Shown here: positions 8,991 to 17,661 of the stretch, one piece after another
Position numbering within the stretch: position 1 is the first letter of the stretch
Layout of the letters: each line of letters begins with the position of its first letter
Source: a phage
Length of the DNA: 64,000 bases
Direction: 5' to 3' (one strand)
Sequence record: NC_100371.1
Translations under genes and position numbers: made by a program
The notes under the pieces: generated by a model
The model's input: the letters and a program-made list of their open reading frames with translations, nothing else
Databases searched by the model: none
Told to the model about the DNA's origin: nothing

Positions 8991-10547
8991 TTAATTTTCC
9001 ATGTTGGATATGGAATTATCTCTGGTTGATGACATCTTAGAAGTGCCGTTGCCAGTGGATCCTGCAGCCATTCCATCGCCAGCTCTACTGATGTCCTGGC
9101 CCAAGAGCTTCATTAGCTCTTCCTGATCCATGTCCTCGTCAAATCTTTCATCAAACCCACCTACTTCAAGAATCTTATTAATTACTGCAGGAGTTTTTGG
9201 CAAGTAACCTACAGCACCGATCCTCTGGACAAACTTGGAGAAGCTCTCCATGTCCACCTCTTCAATCAGGCCAGGTTTCAGTTTAGGCATATCATCATCT
9301 TCAAGGATGATACCATTCAATGCCAGAAGCTGTGGAATAAGATCTTTATTGAAGGCCTCAGTGATAATATCTATATCACGCTGAACAAAATGACCATGGA
9401 TAGACTGTTTTGACTCAGACAGAGAGAAGGATCCAACGTTATCGTTACCGAGGTTAATAAAGCCAGCACCGAAACGGTCAAGAATCGCCTTCTTACGGGC
9501 ATCAATCAAATCTTTAGTGGAATACTGCTTACCCATACCGTCAACCCCCTTCAGGGTCATGGAGTAAAGCTCTTTACCAGACTTATCTCTATCAGACGGA
9601 AGTATAAAGAAACTTTGCTCCCCACTATGGGCGTTTGCTGCGTCCAACATAAGATCTGCAACCATTCTCCCTTCCATCGAATTCGGGTCAATGCTGGCCT
9701 TGTTCAAAATATTGGAAGGAATTTTCAGCTCAAGCACACCACCAAGGTCTTTGGAGCAGCCAACAACCTCAAGGTTTTCAATCAAAACTTTCTCACGGAA
9801 AGATCTGTAGCAACCTATCATCGGTGACACACCTGCAGGATTAGATTCTGTTCCTGACAGAGTCATGAGCATAAGCTTTTTAGCAGGGATGAAAATTTCA
9901 GGCTCATTAAAGCCTTTTGAAGGCATTGCAGCGAGAGGTCCAGCCCAGCGTGCATTCTGAGTGTTTAGAAATGCATTAGGTGACTGATAAATACCTGTCA
10001 GTGTTCTGCTATTCTTGTCAAAGACAAACGGCTCTGATCTGGACAAACTGGCCTGTGGTCGGAATGCAATTTTATCAATAAGAAGCATCCCGGCATATTT
10101 ACCTTCTTTCTCTCTGCGGTATACTTTCTCAAACAGTGAAAAACCATACTCGTTAAAGGTAGCTGCGCTTCTTGCAATATCTCGAAGAGTTTGTTGGTTT
10201 GCCAAATTACGCAAAGAATACTCTATAAGCTCGGCGGCTTTCTTAGAGTCTTCACTTTTAACATTATAAAGGATCTTAAAATCATTGAATGCTTTCGTGA
10301 TGAAAACATATTTTGTATCTAAGGCAGTAGCAACTGTGGAATCACATTTCATAGTCTCCACTGTGGCAATCAGCTGAGGCCAACGCAATTCCTCAACCAT
10401 CATAGATTGTGATTCTGCCATAATTTGGGAAAGTGCGCCAGAACCGATCTCACTCATACGAACATTATGAGTTGGTGCGCCTGCGTTCCCAGATTTATTC
10501 ACAGTTTTGGCTGTGGCGTTGTGTTTCCTGCGGTTCTTTTTGGACAC
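8991..10547 (-). CDS. portal protein
   Basis: 518-aa ORF between terminase and head assembly genes; basic N-terminus, acidic C-terminal tail. Confidence 0.7.
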   Translation of the reverse strand: MSKKNRRKHNATAKTVNKSGNAGAPTHNVRMSEIGSGALSQIMAESQSMMVEELRWPQLIATVETMKCDSTVATALDTKYVFITKAFNDFKILYNVKSEDSKKAAELIEYSLRNLANQQTLRDIARSAATFNEYGFSLFEKVYRREKEGKYAGMLLIDKIAFRPQASLSRSEPFVFDKNSRTLTGIYQSPNAFLNTQNARWAGPLAAMPSKGFNEPEIFIPAKKLMLMTLSGTESNPAGVSPMIGCYRSFREKVLIENLEVVGCSKDLGGVLELKIPSNILNKASIDPNSMEGRMVADLMLDAANAHSGEQSFFILPSDRDKSGKELYSMTLKGVDGMGKQYSTKDLIDARKKAILDRFGAGFINLGNDNVGSFSLSESKQSIHGHFVQRDIDIITEAFNKDLIPQLLALNGIILEDDDMPKLKPGLIEEVDMESFSKFVQRIGAVGYLPKTPAVINKILEVGGFDERFDEDMDQEELMKLLGQDISRAGDGMAAGSTGNGTSKMSSTRDNSISNMEN

Positions 10548-10562
10548 AAGCTTTACCCCTCA

Positions 10563-10600
10563 AAACAGTATAACAAAATAGCCCTCGTGTCAGAGGGCTA
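10563..10600 (-). terminator. terminator-like hairpin between terminase and portal genes
   Basis: minus-strand hairpin AGCCCTC-tgacac-GAGGGCT followed by ATTTTGTTAT. Confidence 0.4.
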
Positions 10601-10649
10601 GTATCTCCGATTACTCTATTCTACCACATCTAATTAAGATTGGCAACAC

Positions 10650-11741
10650 TTAGATAAAACGCTTGAACATAGAAGGTGATGAGATTGATGGAATCACACA
10701 AGGCAGCGCTACCTCCTCTTTCTCCAGGAAATTAATCGCAGAAGCTACACAGTCGGCCCAGTCGTCTTTTCTGTTAAATGTTGATCTTTCCCCGTTGAAC
10801 TTTTCAAGTTCAGTCAGAAATGCTTCCAGAGTGTCAGGATGGAAACTGGATTTTACAATCCTCACCATTCCTTGTTGGGCAAGATTGGCAAAAGGTGAGA
10901 ACCTTGTCAGTTTAGATTTGTTGGAAGGCATTGGATCTTCTTCAACCCTGAACCCTTCGGCGAGCAAGGATCTGGACGAGGTTAAGAATTCACTCTTACC
11001 TGCCTGACCGGGGTCCACAGAAAATACGATTATGCAATCATCTCCATCAAACTGCGCCTGTTTCCTGATGATCACATCTCGTTCCCCAGCCTTTTTACAG
11101 AACTTACCTTCCAGACCTGTGGAATACCTACCGTCATCCACGTTCTCAGGACAATAATCTCCGGACAGGTAATAAAAGCCGTCGCTATCTTTACTTACCT
11201 TAACACTGGCGGTAAAGTCAGGAAATTTATTACCGGAAGTTCTCTCGGTTCCTGCTTTATCCCATGCCCTGCAAGATACTGATCCAAGAGGTACTCTATC
11301 GGCATCACGAAGGAAAGATCTTTGGAAATAGTTTGCACCCTCAGGTTTGGCAAACCAGTTGCCATGAAGAAGCTGGGCTTTTTCAAGCTCTGGCAGACCT
11401 TCAAGGAAAGCAAGGTATTCTGGGTTGTCTCTCAAGCAGACAGGGTTATCGAAAATTGTTGCTCCTATAAACGAGAATGACAACGGTCTTGGCTTGATCT
11501 CCACACCCAGTCCGTTAACCGTGGTGTATTTCTCTATTAACTCTTCTTTAGAGTCTCCCCAAATAAATTCACCGTCGCGTCGGATAAAATATCTTTTCTT
11601 ACCACATTTCTCCGGATCTGGATACCCTTCATCGTCCAACCACCACCTGACCAGTTTGGCAAGCATGTGTTCTGAGTCGGGGTTACAACTGATAACCATT
11701 CTTGATGGATACTTTGACTGAGATCGCAGACGAGACATCAA
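10650..11741 (-). CDS. terL: terminase large subunit, C-terminal part (exon 2, nuclease domain)
   Basis: Begins ...MVISCNPDSEH (ATPase coupling motif) and continues through a nuclease-like domain; frame is open upstream to about 11774 (TTQFEWEQIDYL). Confidence 0.7.
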   Translation of the reverse strand: MMSRLRSQSKYPSRMVISCNPDSEHMLAKLVRWWLDDEGYPDPEKCGKKRYFIRRDGEFIWGDSKEELIEKYTTVNGLGVEIKPRPLSFSFIGATIFDNPVCLRDNPEYLAFLEGLPELEKAQLLHGNWFAKPEGANYFQRSFLRDADRVPLGSVSCRAWDKAGTERTSGNKFPDFTASVKVSKDSDGFYYLSGDYCPENVDDGRYSTGLEGKFCKKAGERDVIIRKQAQFDGDDCIIVFSVDPGQAGKSEFLTSSRSLLAEGFRVEEDPMPSNKSKLTRFSPFANLAQQGMVRIVKSSFHPDTLEAFLTELEKFNGERSTFNRKDDWADCVASAINFLEKEEVALPCVIPSISSPSMFKRFI

Positions 11742-11774
11742 ATAGTCTATCTGCTCCCATTCGAATTGCGTCGT

Positions 11775-12651
11775 TTATGTTCGGGCAAGGTCGCTAGTCT
11801 TGCCCCGCCATTTTCAGGCAGCTGCATGTCTCCATGCAGACCAGACTATATCTTATGAATGTGCAAATACTCTGCTGCTCTAAGAATGGTTTCCTCATCC
11901 TCTTGGAAGAAACCTAAAGCTCTGTTGCATTTATCACAAAGCAACCCTCTTACAGCACCAGTTTTATGGTCATGATCAACACAAAAGAAATCTCTGTACC
12001 CTTGCGTCCTATACTCATCAAGAGATATTCTACAAATGGCACACTTATGATCTTGATCTGAGAGTAAGCGATAGTATTCATCTTTTGTTATGTGAAATTT
12101 CTTCTCAATCTGATAAAACTTTTCACACATCTTACACCTGTTCGTAACCAGATACACTTTACCATAGTCACGTTTTGTGTAAAAACTATCAGCAAGCATA
12201 CTTTCATGACAAGATTTACATTCAAAAAGCTCACCTTTCTTCAGTAAGTCTTGAATAAAAGATGCTGCATCATCTCTCTTAACCATATTTTTGTTTCTAC
12301 GAGATCCATTCTTCCTGTAGTACATATAGCATTCCTTGCATGTACCGGAGTATCCATCCTTGCTCTTAGATGATAAAAAGAAATCATCAAGAGGTAGAAC
12401 TCTTTGGCAATCCATACATTTTTTAGTATTACACATTCACCCTCCCGTTTCGAATCGCTTGATTCTACGTCTTTCGACTAGTCGTTGAACGTTCATCCTT
12501 TCGGATGCTTCGCTGCGGATTATCTAAATTAACACACTGTTACCATACCTTCGATCTCTCTTCGAAGCCTCTATCATGTTACCATGACAGGTTGGTGGTG
12601 TCAATAATAAAGATTTCCCCGCAATTAGGGAGGTTTTACGAGAGCTACAAA
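11775..12651 (-). mobile_element. putative group I intron (with homing endonuclease ORF) interrupting the terminase large subunit gene
   Basis: About 0.9 kb separates the two TerL parts; exon 1 ends GGU followed by in-frame UAA; contains HNH ORF 11846-12436; boundaries approximate. Confidence 0.5.
11846..12436 (-). CDS. HNH homing endonuclease (Endonuclease VII family)
   Basis: 196 aa; N-terminal Cys-rich zinc finger (CMDCQ...CKEC) and C-terminal CVDHDHKTGAVRGLLCDKCN motif. Confidence 0.75.
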   Translation of the reverse strand: MCNTKKCMDCQRVLPLDDFFLSSKSKDGYSGTCKECYMYYRKNGSRRNKNMVKRDDAASFIQDLLKKGELFECKSCHESMLADSFYTKRDYGKVYLVTNRCKMCEKFYQIEKKFHITKDEYYRLLSDQDHKCAICRISLDEYRTQGYRDFFCVDHDHKTGAVRGLLCDKCNRALGFFQEDEETILRAAEYLHIHKI

Positions 12652-13080
12652 TTAACCCTCATCGAAGCAAACCATGGTGTACTCAAGTCCTTGATGGTTA
12701 AGCTTATCTTGGACATACTCCATGTGGCAGTATTTTACAACAGCTCCTTTTTTGCTCCTGTCCCACTTGCCAGTGCTCGGATCAAACCGTGGAAAAATAA
12801 ACTTATGATCCTTCTCTCTGAACTTTGGTTTAATGTTTTCAGGCAGATCACTGTAAATAGCTACTGCTTTAGGCCATAGCCCACCCTCACCTTCCAACTG
12901 TGGAGTTGTTCTTCGGAACATAACCACAGAGCTGTGTGGGTCATCAATAATTTTAAGCGGCATCAACTGCAGGAGGAACGACTTACCTGACCCAGCCGCA
13001 CCACCAATGACAAGAATGTCTGCATCGTTTTCCAGGATCATCTTCTGCTTTTCAGAACACGGTCCGTAAATCTTAGACAT
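12652..13080 (-). CDS. terL: terminase large subunit, N-terminal ATPase part (exon 1)
   Basis: Walker A GGAAGSGKS, Walker B-like MVCFDEG immediately followed by a stop codon. Confidence 0.75.
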   Translation of the reverse strand: MSKIYGPCSEKQKMILENDADILVIGGAAGSGKSFLLQLMPLKIIDDPHSSVVMFRRTTPQLEGEGGLWPKAVAIYSDLPENIKPKFREKDHKFIFPRFDPSTGKWDRSKKGAVVKYCHMEYVQDKLNHQGLEYTMVCFDEG

Positions 13081-13367
13081 TAACCTCTCTCCTTTGGAAA
13101 CAGTGTTCTAATATAGTCTTGCAAAATGATCAATTTAGCCCTATCATTACTGCAAGACAGGTTATTATCCCTCATAATGCCAGAATTCACCGCATCAGGC
13201 GCACCTTTCTTTAAAGGTATAGCTTTAGCAGGAGGCTTCATAGCACCCTCGGGAGGTTTAACAATCAACCTTCCTACATCCGGAGGGTCAATCTTGTATT
13301 CTCTCTCAACGCTGGTTGCACACCCACACAATAACAAGCACAAAACAACCAGTGCAGTAACTCTCAT
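13080..13367 (-). CDS. o-spanin (Rz1-like outer-membrane lipoprotein)
   Basis: Signal peptide with lipobox-like LLCGC, Pro-rich mature region, 95 aa, start overlaps stop of upstream i-spanin. Confidence 0.55.
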   Translation of the reverse strand: MRVTALVVLCLLLCGCATSVEREYKIDPPDVGRLIVKPPEGAMKPPAKAIPLKKGAPDAVNSGIMRDNNLSCSNDRAKLIILQDYIRTLFPKERG

Positions 13368-13762
13368 CGAACCTCCTGATTGATACTCTCATTATAAATA
13401 TCTATTAGCTGATCAGGAAGTGTTGACTTCTTACCTTCAGGAGATTGGAGGTAGATAATCTGCTTTTCTTTGCCTGCCTTCTCAGCCATATTTAATTTAT
13501 CCTGTAGATCAGAAAGAGATTTTTCAAGGTTTTTAACCTCCTCTGCGTGGCCCATTTTAATTTTGTCGGCCTGCTTTTGTTGTTGGTCAAGGATCCGTTC
13601 CCACTTTAACTCTGTTGCTGACACACCTTCTTGATAAGCATCATTGAGCTTAGAGTTAAACCAATACACGGCCCCAAGATAAGCCATACCTATAGCCGCT
13701 GCAAAAACTAAACCTTTTATGATCCCTCTGTGTTTACTCATCAATGTTAAAACTGAAATCAT
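13364..13762 (-). CDS. i-spanin (Rz-like)
   Basis: N-terminal transmembrane helix (LVFAAAIGMAYLGAVYWF) followed by charged coiled-coil region, 132 aa. Confidence 0.55.
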   Translation of the reverse strand: MISVLTLMSKHRGIIKGLVFAAAIGMAYLGAVYWFNSKLNDAYQEGVSATELKWERILDQQQKQADKIKMGHAEEVKNLEKSLSDLQDKLNMAEKAGKEKQIIYLQSPEGKKSTLPDQLIDIYNESINQEVR

Positions 13763-13779
13763 TTTTAAGGCTCCAGAAA

Positions 13780-13817
13780 CGAAAAAACCCCGCAGCTATA
13801 CAGCTAACGGGGCGGGT
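13780..13817 (-). terminator. Rho-independent terminator
   Basis: minus-strand GC hairpin (CCCGCCCCG...CGGGG) followed by TTTTTTCGTTTC. Confidence 0.5.
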
Positions 13818-13868
13818 TAAAATTGAGTAACCTAAATAGATCGAAACTAACTAAAAGGAGACTAATAC

Positions 13869-14138
13869 TTATCGAGGCACTCGGTGGATGATTCTGACAG
13901 TAACCGCATTCTCATTCATCAAGTAAGCATCCACATCTCTGTAAATATAAAACTTCTGCTCGCTATCAACAACACAAGCTACTGCCCCTTCAGAGTTGTC
14001 TTCAAAGAAGACCACAACTGCATCGCAGCTTAGTTCATGATACGACTCTCGAAGATTTACAGCAAGAGGGTTGAAATCGTCACGAAGATCTAAAGTATGG
14101 GTTGGATTTACACGTTCTACAATTTTAAGTGTATACAT
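13869..14138 (-). CDS. hypothetical protein
   Basis: 89-aa ORF with RBS AAGGAAC; N-terminal 20 aa resemble those of ORF at 55950. Confidence 0.4.
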   Translation of the reverse strand: MYTLKIVERVNPTHTLDLRDDFNPLAVNLRESYHELSCDAVVVFFEDNSEGAVACVVDSEQKFYIYRDVDAYLMNENAVTVRIIHRVPR

Positions 14139-14184
14139 TTTAAAGGTTCCTTTTGTGTGTATATATTTAAAGTATAACTAAAGG

Positions 14185-14261
14185 TGGTCTCCACGGAGTG
14201 ATTCGAACACTCGACCTCCTGATCCCAAATCAGGCGCTCTACCAAGCTGAGCTACGCGGAG
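14185..14261 (-). tRNA. tRNA-Pro (anticodon UGG)
   Basis: Cloverleaf by eye: acceptor CTCCGCG/CGTGGAG (C1-G72 typical of Pro), anticodon loop TTTGGGA, T-loop GTTCGAATC, CCA encoded. Confidence 0.75.
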
Positions 14262-14272
14262 TATTTATTATT

Positions 14273-14347
14273 TGGTGGCCCTGGGTGGAATTGAACCACC
14301 GTCTGGCGATTATGAGTCGCTTGCTTGAACCTTCCAGCTACAGGGCC
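14273..14347 (-). tRNA. tRNA-Met (anticodon CAU; initiator/elongator/Ile-lysidine not distinguished)
   Basis: acceptor GGCCCTG/CAGGGCC, anticodon loop CTCATAA, T-loop GGTTCAATTCC, CCA encoded. Confidence 0.75.
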
Positions 14348-14348
14348 A

Positions 14349-14424
14349 TGGTGCTGATGGCAGGACTTGAACCTGCAACCTATTGATTACAAATCAATTG
14401 CACTGCCAATTGTGCTACATCAGC
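14349..14424 (-). tRNA. tRNA-Thr (anticodon UGU)
   Basis: acceptor GCTGATG/CATCAGC, anticodon arm ATTGA-TTTGTAA-TCAAT, T-arm GCAGG-TTCAAGT-CCTGC, CCA encoded. Confidence 0.75.
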
Positions 14425-14428
14425 AAAA

Positions 14429-14527
14429 GGTGCTAGGTGATGGAATCGAACCATCTATGTATTCAACGACTACCTCGTCTATTTTCAGGATTAAAAATCC
14501 TCGCCCTTGCCAAAGGGCTTACCTAGC
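14429..14527 (-). tRNA. atypical tRNA-like gene (99 nt; anticodon loop reads UUU; possibly degenerate or insert-containing)
   Basis: perfect acceptor GCTAGGT/ACCTAGC, D-arm GCCC-TTTGGCAA-GGGC, canonical T-arm GATGG-TTCGATT-CCATC, but about 30 nt between anticodon arm and T-arm. Confidence 0.4.
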
Positions 14528-14625
14528 TCAGCATGTTGACCATGTTGCTAGTCGGCGATGACGACTGTAACATTTGATAATCCGGTTCTGCTTCCGGCTT
14601 TCGCTTAATTACAAGGTCAACAATA

Positions 14626-14716
14626 TGGCAGAGGATAATGGAATCGAACCATCATCGAGTCATCCTCAACGGGACGGTTTTCAAGACCGCTTGAGCACCA
14701 TTGCTCCCTACCCTCT
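14626..14716 (-). tRNA. tRNA-Ser (anticodon UGA), type II
   Basis: acceptor AGAGGGT/ATCCTCT, anticodon arm GCGGT-CTTGAAA-ACCGT, long variable arm TTGAG-GATGA-CTCGA, T-loop GGTTCGATTCC, CCA encoded. Confidence 0.7.
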
Positions 14717-14830
14717 TTTATAAACAATACTGATAATGACACTGATTTTCGAGCAGTTAGTGACTAGTATAAACGACGATAAATATCAATGCCATTATCT
14801 GTATGATTTATGCATTTAAAAATATAAATT

Positions 14831-14918
14831 TGGTGGTGAGTGATGGAGTCGAACCACCCGAATCGCAATGATAACAGATTTACAGTCTGCCCCGCTACCC
14901 CTACGGAATTAACTCACC
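14831..14918 (-). tRNA. tRNA-Tyr (anticodon GUA), type II
   Basis: acceptor GGTGAGT/ACTCACC, anticodon arm GCAGA-CTGTAAA-TCTGT, long variable arm, T-loop TTCGACT, CCA encoded. Confidence 0.7.
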
Positions 14919-15048
14919 TAAATACTAATATTTAAATTCTTTTTAAAATAGCTAGTGTTCTAACCACTAACTATGAGGTATCGGTAAAGTGGTTACCGCC
15001 ACTTGCCGAAGATTTACTCTGCTAAAGTAAGCTACATTAAAAAGAACT

Positions 15049-15123
15049 TGGCACCCCGTACTGGACTCGAACCAGTGTCAACGGCTTAGAAGGCCGCTGC
15101 TTTATCCACTAAGCTAACAGGGC
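15049..15123 (-). tRNA. tRNA-Arg (anticodon UCU)
   Basis: acceptor GCCCTGT/ACGGGGT, anticodon arm GCGGC-CTTCTAA-GCCGT, T-arm ACTGG-TTCGAGT-CCAGT, CCA encoded. Confidence 0.7.
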
Positions 15124-15219
15124 ACTGGGTGGCTTTCTTTTACACCTGAGCCGCCAGAAAAGGTGGGAGACCATGTTTATAATATTACACTGTTAGGCAA
15201 AGTTTGTCAAGAAAATATT

Positions 15220-15558
15220 TTAACTATTGCCAACAGGCTGTATTTCTGTGGTAAATGGCATAAAAGGTGCTGGTTTTTCAGCCTCTTCCACTACCACCTC
15301 TTCCTCTTCACCAAACATCTCATCATATTCTTCCTGCATTCTGTCTGCCTTATCAAGAACATACTCTGCAATGCTTTGACGAATATTTTGTTTGGTTTTC
15401 GGGTCCAACATCAGCTCTCTTAAAACTTTGTGAGCTTCTGGAACCATCGCTATAAAAGATTCCTTCATATCAAGAATGTTCTTCTCTAGCTGAATGGCGT
15501 TGGACTCCTCTTTCAGAGGTCTGCCTCTACGGCGACGCTTTTTAGTTGTATCCGCCAT
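15220..15558 (-). CDS. hypothetical protein with basic AT-hook-like N-terminus
   Basis: Likely start at internal ATG 15558 with GGAGG RBS (MADTTKKRRRRGRPLKEES...); acidic C-terminus; the 12-bp palindrome TATCACGTGATA sits just upstream. Confidence 0.45.
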   Translation of the reverse strand: MADTTKKRRRRGRPLKEESNAIQLEKNILDMKESFIAMVPEAHKVLRELMLDPKTKQNIRQSIAEYVLDKADRMQEEYDEMFGEEEEVVVEEAEKPAPFMPFTTEIQPVGNS

Positions 15559-15903
15559 GTTTCCTCCATTATCACGTGATAGGTGGATTTTATCACGGCA
15601 AATACTGATTGTCAAGTTCGCCGCAGGGTGGTATTCCCTGCGACTTGCCCAGCGTCCTGGACCAGCAAGACCCAACAAGTGGGTTACCAGATACCCATTA
15701 CCGCGCTCTGGCTCGACCTTATTACAGGTTGGCTGGGGTCACATCGTCATGTGCTGGCTGCCCCTACCATTTTAAGTGTGGTGCACTATCAAGCCCTCTA
15801 AGGGGAACTCAGCCTTCTCCGAACCCTGTTTCAAAGCATCCGGAGATAAAGCCATCAAACTCATCTTTAAATTGGATATTCATCATGATACACGAAAACA
15901 ACC

Positions 15904-16146
15904 TCATTGTAAAGCACAAATAAATAAAACATACTTAATTTGTTTGTTATCAGGCTCAGGGTAGAAGTAGAAGATCTTGCTATCACCGATCTGAACACCA
16001 CCATCCCAACAGCATAACCCATAACCAGTATTCATACAAGCTAAGTCGTTGGCAAAATCTATTGCATCATCTAGTGCACGAAATTCACCTTCATCTTCTA
16101 AATAATCCTCATTCATGGAACGGAAAACGAGCTTAACCTTAAACAT
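15904..16146 (-). CDS. hypothetical protein
   Basis: 80-aa ORF, minus-strand small-gene block. Confidence 0.35.
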   Translation of the reverse strand: MFKVKLVFRSMNEDYLEDEGEFRALDDAIDFANDLACMNTGYGLCCWDGGVQIGDSKIFYFYPEPDNKQIKYVLFICALQ

Positions 16147-16222
16147 AGCATTACCTGTAGACCTCGTAAGTTAAAATTGTATCACATCATATTGCAGATC
16201 TTATCAGGTAACATTATTTTTG

Positions 16223-16411
16223 TCAACAGATTCCGGCCTTATCCCTCCTGTCTGCGTATTCTTTAATCGCAACCTCACCTGCATTGGTAACCAGATCTTC
16301 AAAGTAATTCTCAAGCTCCTCGTCAATGTCCGGTGACCAGCTCTTTTTCCTGTCAGTGTGAATTGCAGACTTGTTGAACTTATTACAATTCTTTGCTACC
16401 GGATTGTTCAT
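16223..16411 (-). CDS. hypothetical protein
   Basis: 62-aa ORF, start adjacent to stop of upstream gene. Confidence 0.3.
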   Translation of the reverse strand: MNNPVAKNCNKFNKSAIHTDRKKSWSPDIDEELENYFEDLVTNAGEVAIKEYADRRDKAGIC

Positions 16412-16421
16412 TAAGCTCTCC

Positions 16422-17000
16422 TCAACGTTCGTAGTAAATCTTATTCAACATTACCTCATCGTTTGCAGAAAGGATATCAAGATATGCATCACCAAATCTG
16501 CCTGCAACAACCTCTGCATGATACATCACTTCGTTAACATCGTCAAGAGTGATAACCGGATGACCATATCTTTCTGAATATTGTCTCAGTGTGCGATGTA
16601 ACGAGTCGTCATCATATGCAGACTTTTTAATATCACAAACACGACGAATGGCCTTGATGTCGAAAAAACCTGTGCGATACCACCCAAGAAAAAAGTTCCG
16701 TGTAGTGTCAACATCTACATCAATACCATTAAGAACCTTATCTACAAGATAGCTGTCATCCTTTGGACTAGCGTCCTTAGTGCGAATGTAGTTGCCATCT
16801 TTTCCAGGTGATAGCTCCTTCTCATCACCAACCTGCATGCCATCATTTGGCGGTGTTAGCCACTTATCAGGATGCTTACGATCACGAGCGTTAGAATGAT
16901 TACGCTGGAAACCTGGCTTCCACTTGAAAGTTTTCTCCATCTGTTCTTCATTCTGATAACGTTTTGCAATCTTTTCACTGGCATCTTTGCGTGAACTCAT
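16422..17000 (-). CDS. hypothetical protein
   Basis: 192-aa ORF, first gene downstream of the iteron/AT-rich region. Confidence 0.45.
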   Translation of the reverse strand: MSSRKDASEKIAKRYQNEEQMEKTFKWKPGFQRNHSNARDRKHPDKWLTPPNDGMQVGDEKELSPGKDGNYIRTKDASPKDDSYLVDKVLNGIDVDVDTTRNFFLGWYRTGFFDIKAIRRVCDIKKSAYDDDSLHRTLRQYSERYGHPVITLDDVNEVMYHAEVVAGRFGDAYLDILSANDEVMLNKIYYER

Positions 17001-17504
17001 AGCAGACTCCTCTTCAAGTTATAGAAAAACTCACTGTATCGCTTTGTAACGAGCTTTTCTATCAAACTGGTGCGATTGCCTTACTTGGTATAGTTTATAT
17101 AGCTGTGGAGCGATTTAGGGGCCTTCTTGTCAGTTTCCACACATAAACTTTATCCGAACTCGCGCGGGAGGCTCTCAACCGACTCCTTCCGGCGCTGGCA
17201 AGCTTTCGTCGGTGGTCCACATTAGTGCTCGGCCTTTGGCCTGCGCTATCGCTTCGCTCCCACACATGTTAACAGTCCTGCATGTATGCACTTCTGTTAT
17301 TGTGTGCACTATGGAGGCCCGGCATCTCGCCCCTCGTAGGCGAGTGCCAATGAAGGGCCGACACTACCCATAATAAGTAATAAATTTAAAACATGGTACT
17401 TAGGATCTAGTATATTCTACATAAGTTAAGTATATGTACTTTAGTACCATAAGTACTAGATCTTTTATTTTTTATTATTTAGTTATTTTAGTTATATTCT
17501 TTAT

Positions 17505-17587
17505 GTGTCCGTATCACGGACAGTTAGTGTCCGTATTACGGGCAGATGTGTCCGCGTGACGGACAGTAGTGTCCGTATCACGGACAG
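17505..17587. repeat. array of four 19-bp direct repeats, each an inverted-repeat palindrome (TGTCCGT-N3-ACGGACA), candidate operator/iteron array
   Basis: GTGTCCGTATCACGGACAG at 17505 and 17569; variants at 17528 and 17548; spacing 20-23 bp; AT-rich tract 17400-17500 adjacent. Confidence 0.7.
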
Positions 17588-17661
17588 TTACTAACCTCTG
17601 TTCCAGAGTGAACATAAAACATACAAATCCTTATAGTACAGATGTTTAAGTTTTTACTGGT

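Noticed and set aside
8936-9076. N-terminal 47 codons of ORF 8504-9076
   Set aside because: They overlap the 3' end of the portal gene; an internal ATG at 8935 is the more plausible start.
13080-13762. Terminase small subunit immediately upstream of the large terminase
   Set aside because: The two upstream ORFs have a lipoprotein signal and a TM plus coiled coil, fitting spanins rather than a DNA-binding small terminase; no TerS candidate identified.
14919-15048. Possible additional tRNA between tRNA-Tyr and tRNA-Arg
   Set aside because: A D-arm-like segment (TAGTTAGTGGTTAGAACA) is present but no matching acceptor stem or T-loop could be built; possibly a tRNA remnant.
15494-15964. Plus-strand ORFs 15494-15775, 15583-15801, 15609-15923, 15776-15964
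   Set aside because: They overlap one another in a GC-rich intergenic stretch with no RBS, Pro/Ser/Arg-rich translations typical of random GC-rich frames; treated as non-coding.
17505-17587. CRISPR array interpretation of the short tandem repeats (also 57761-57815)
   Set aside because: Repeat units are about 19 bp with 1-4 bp between them, so there are no spacer-sized unique segments and no cas genes; operator or iteron array fits better.
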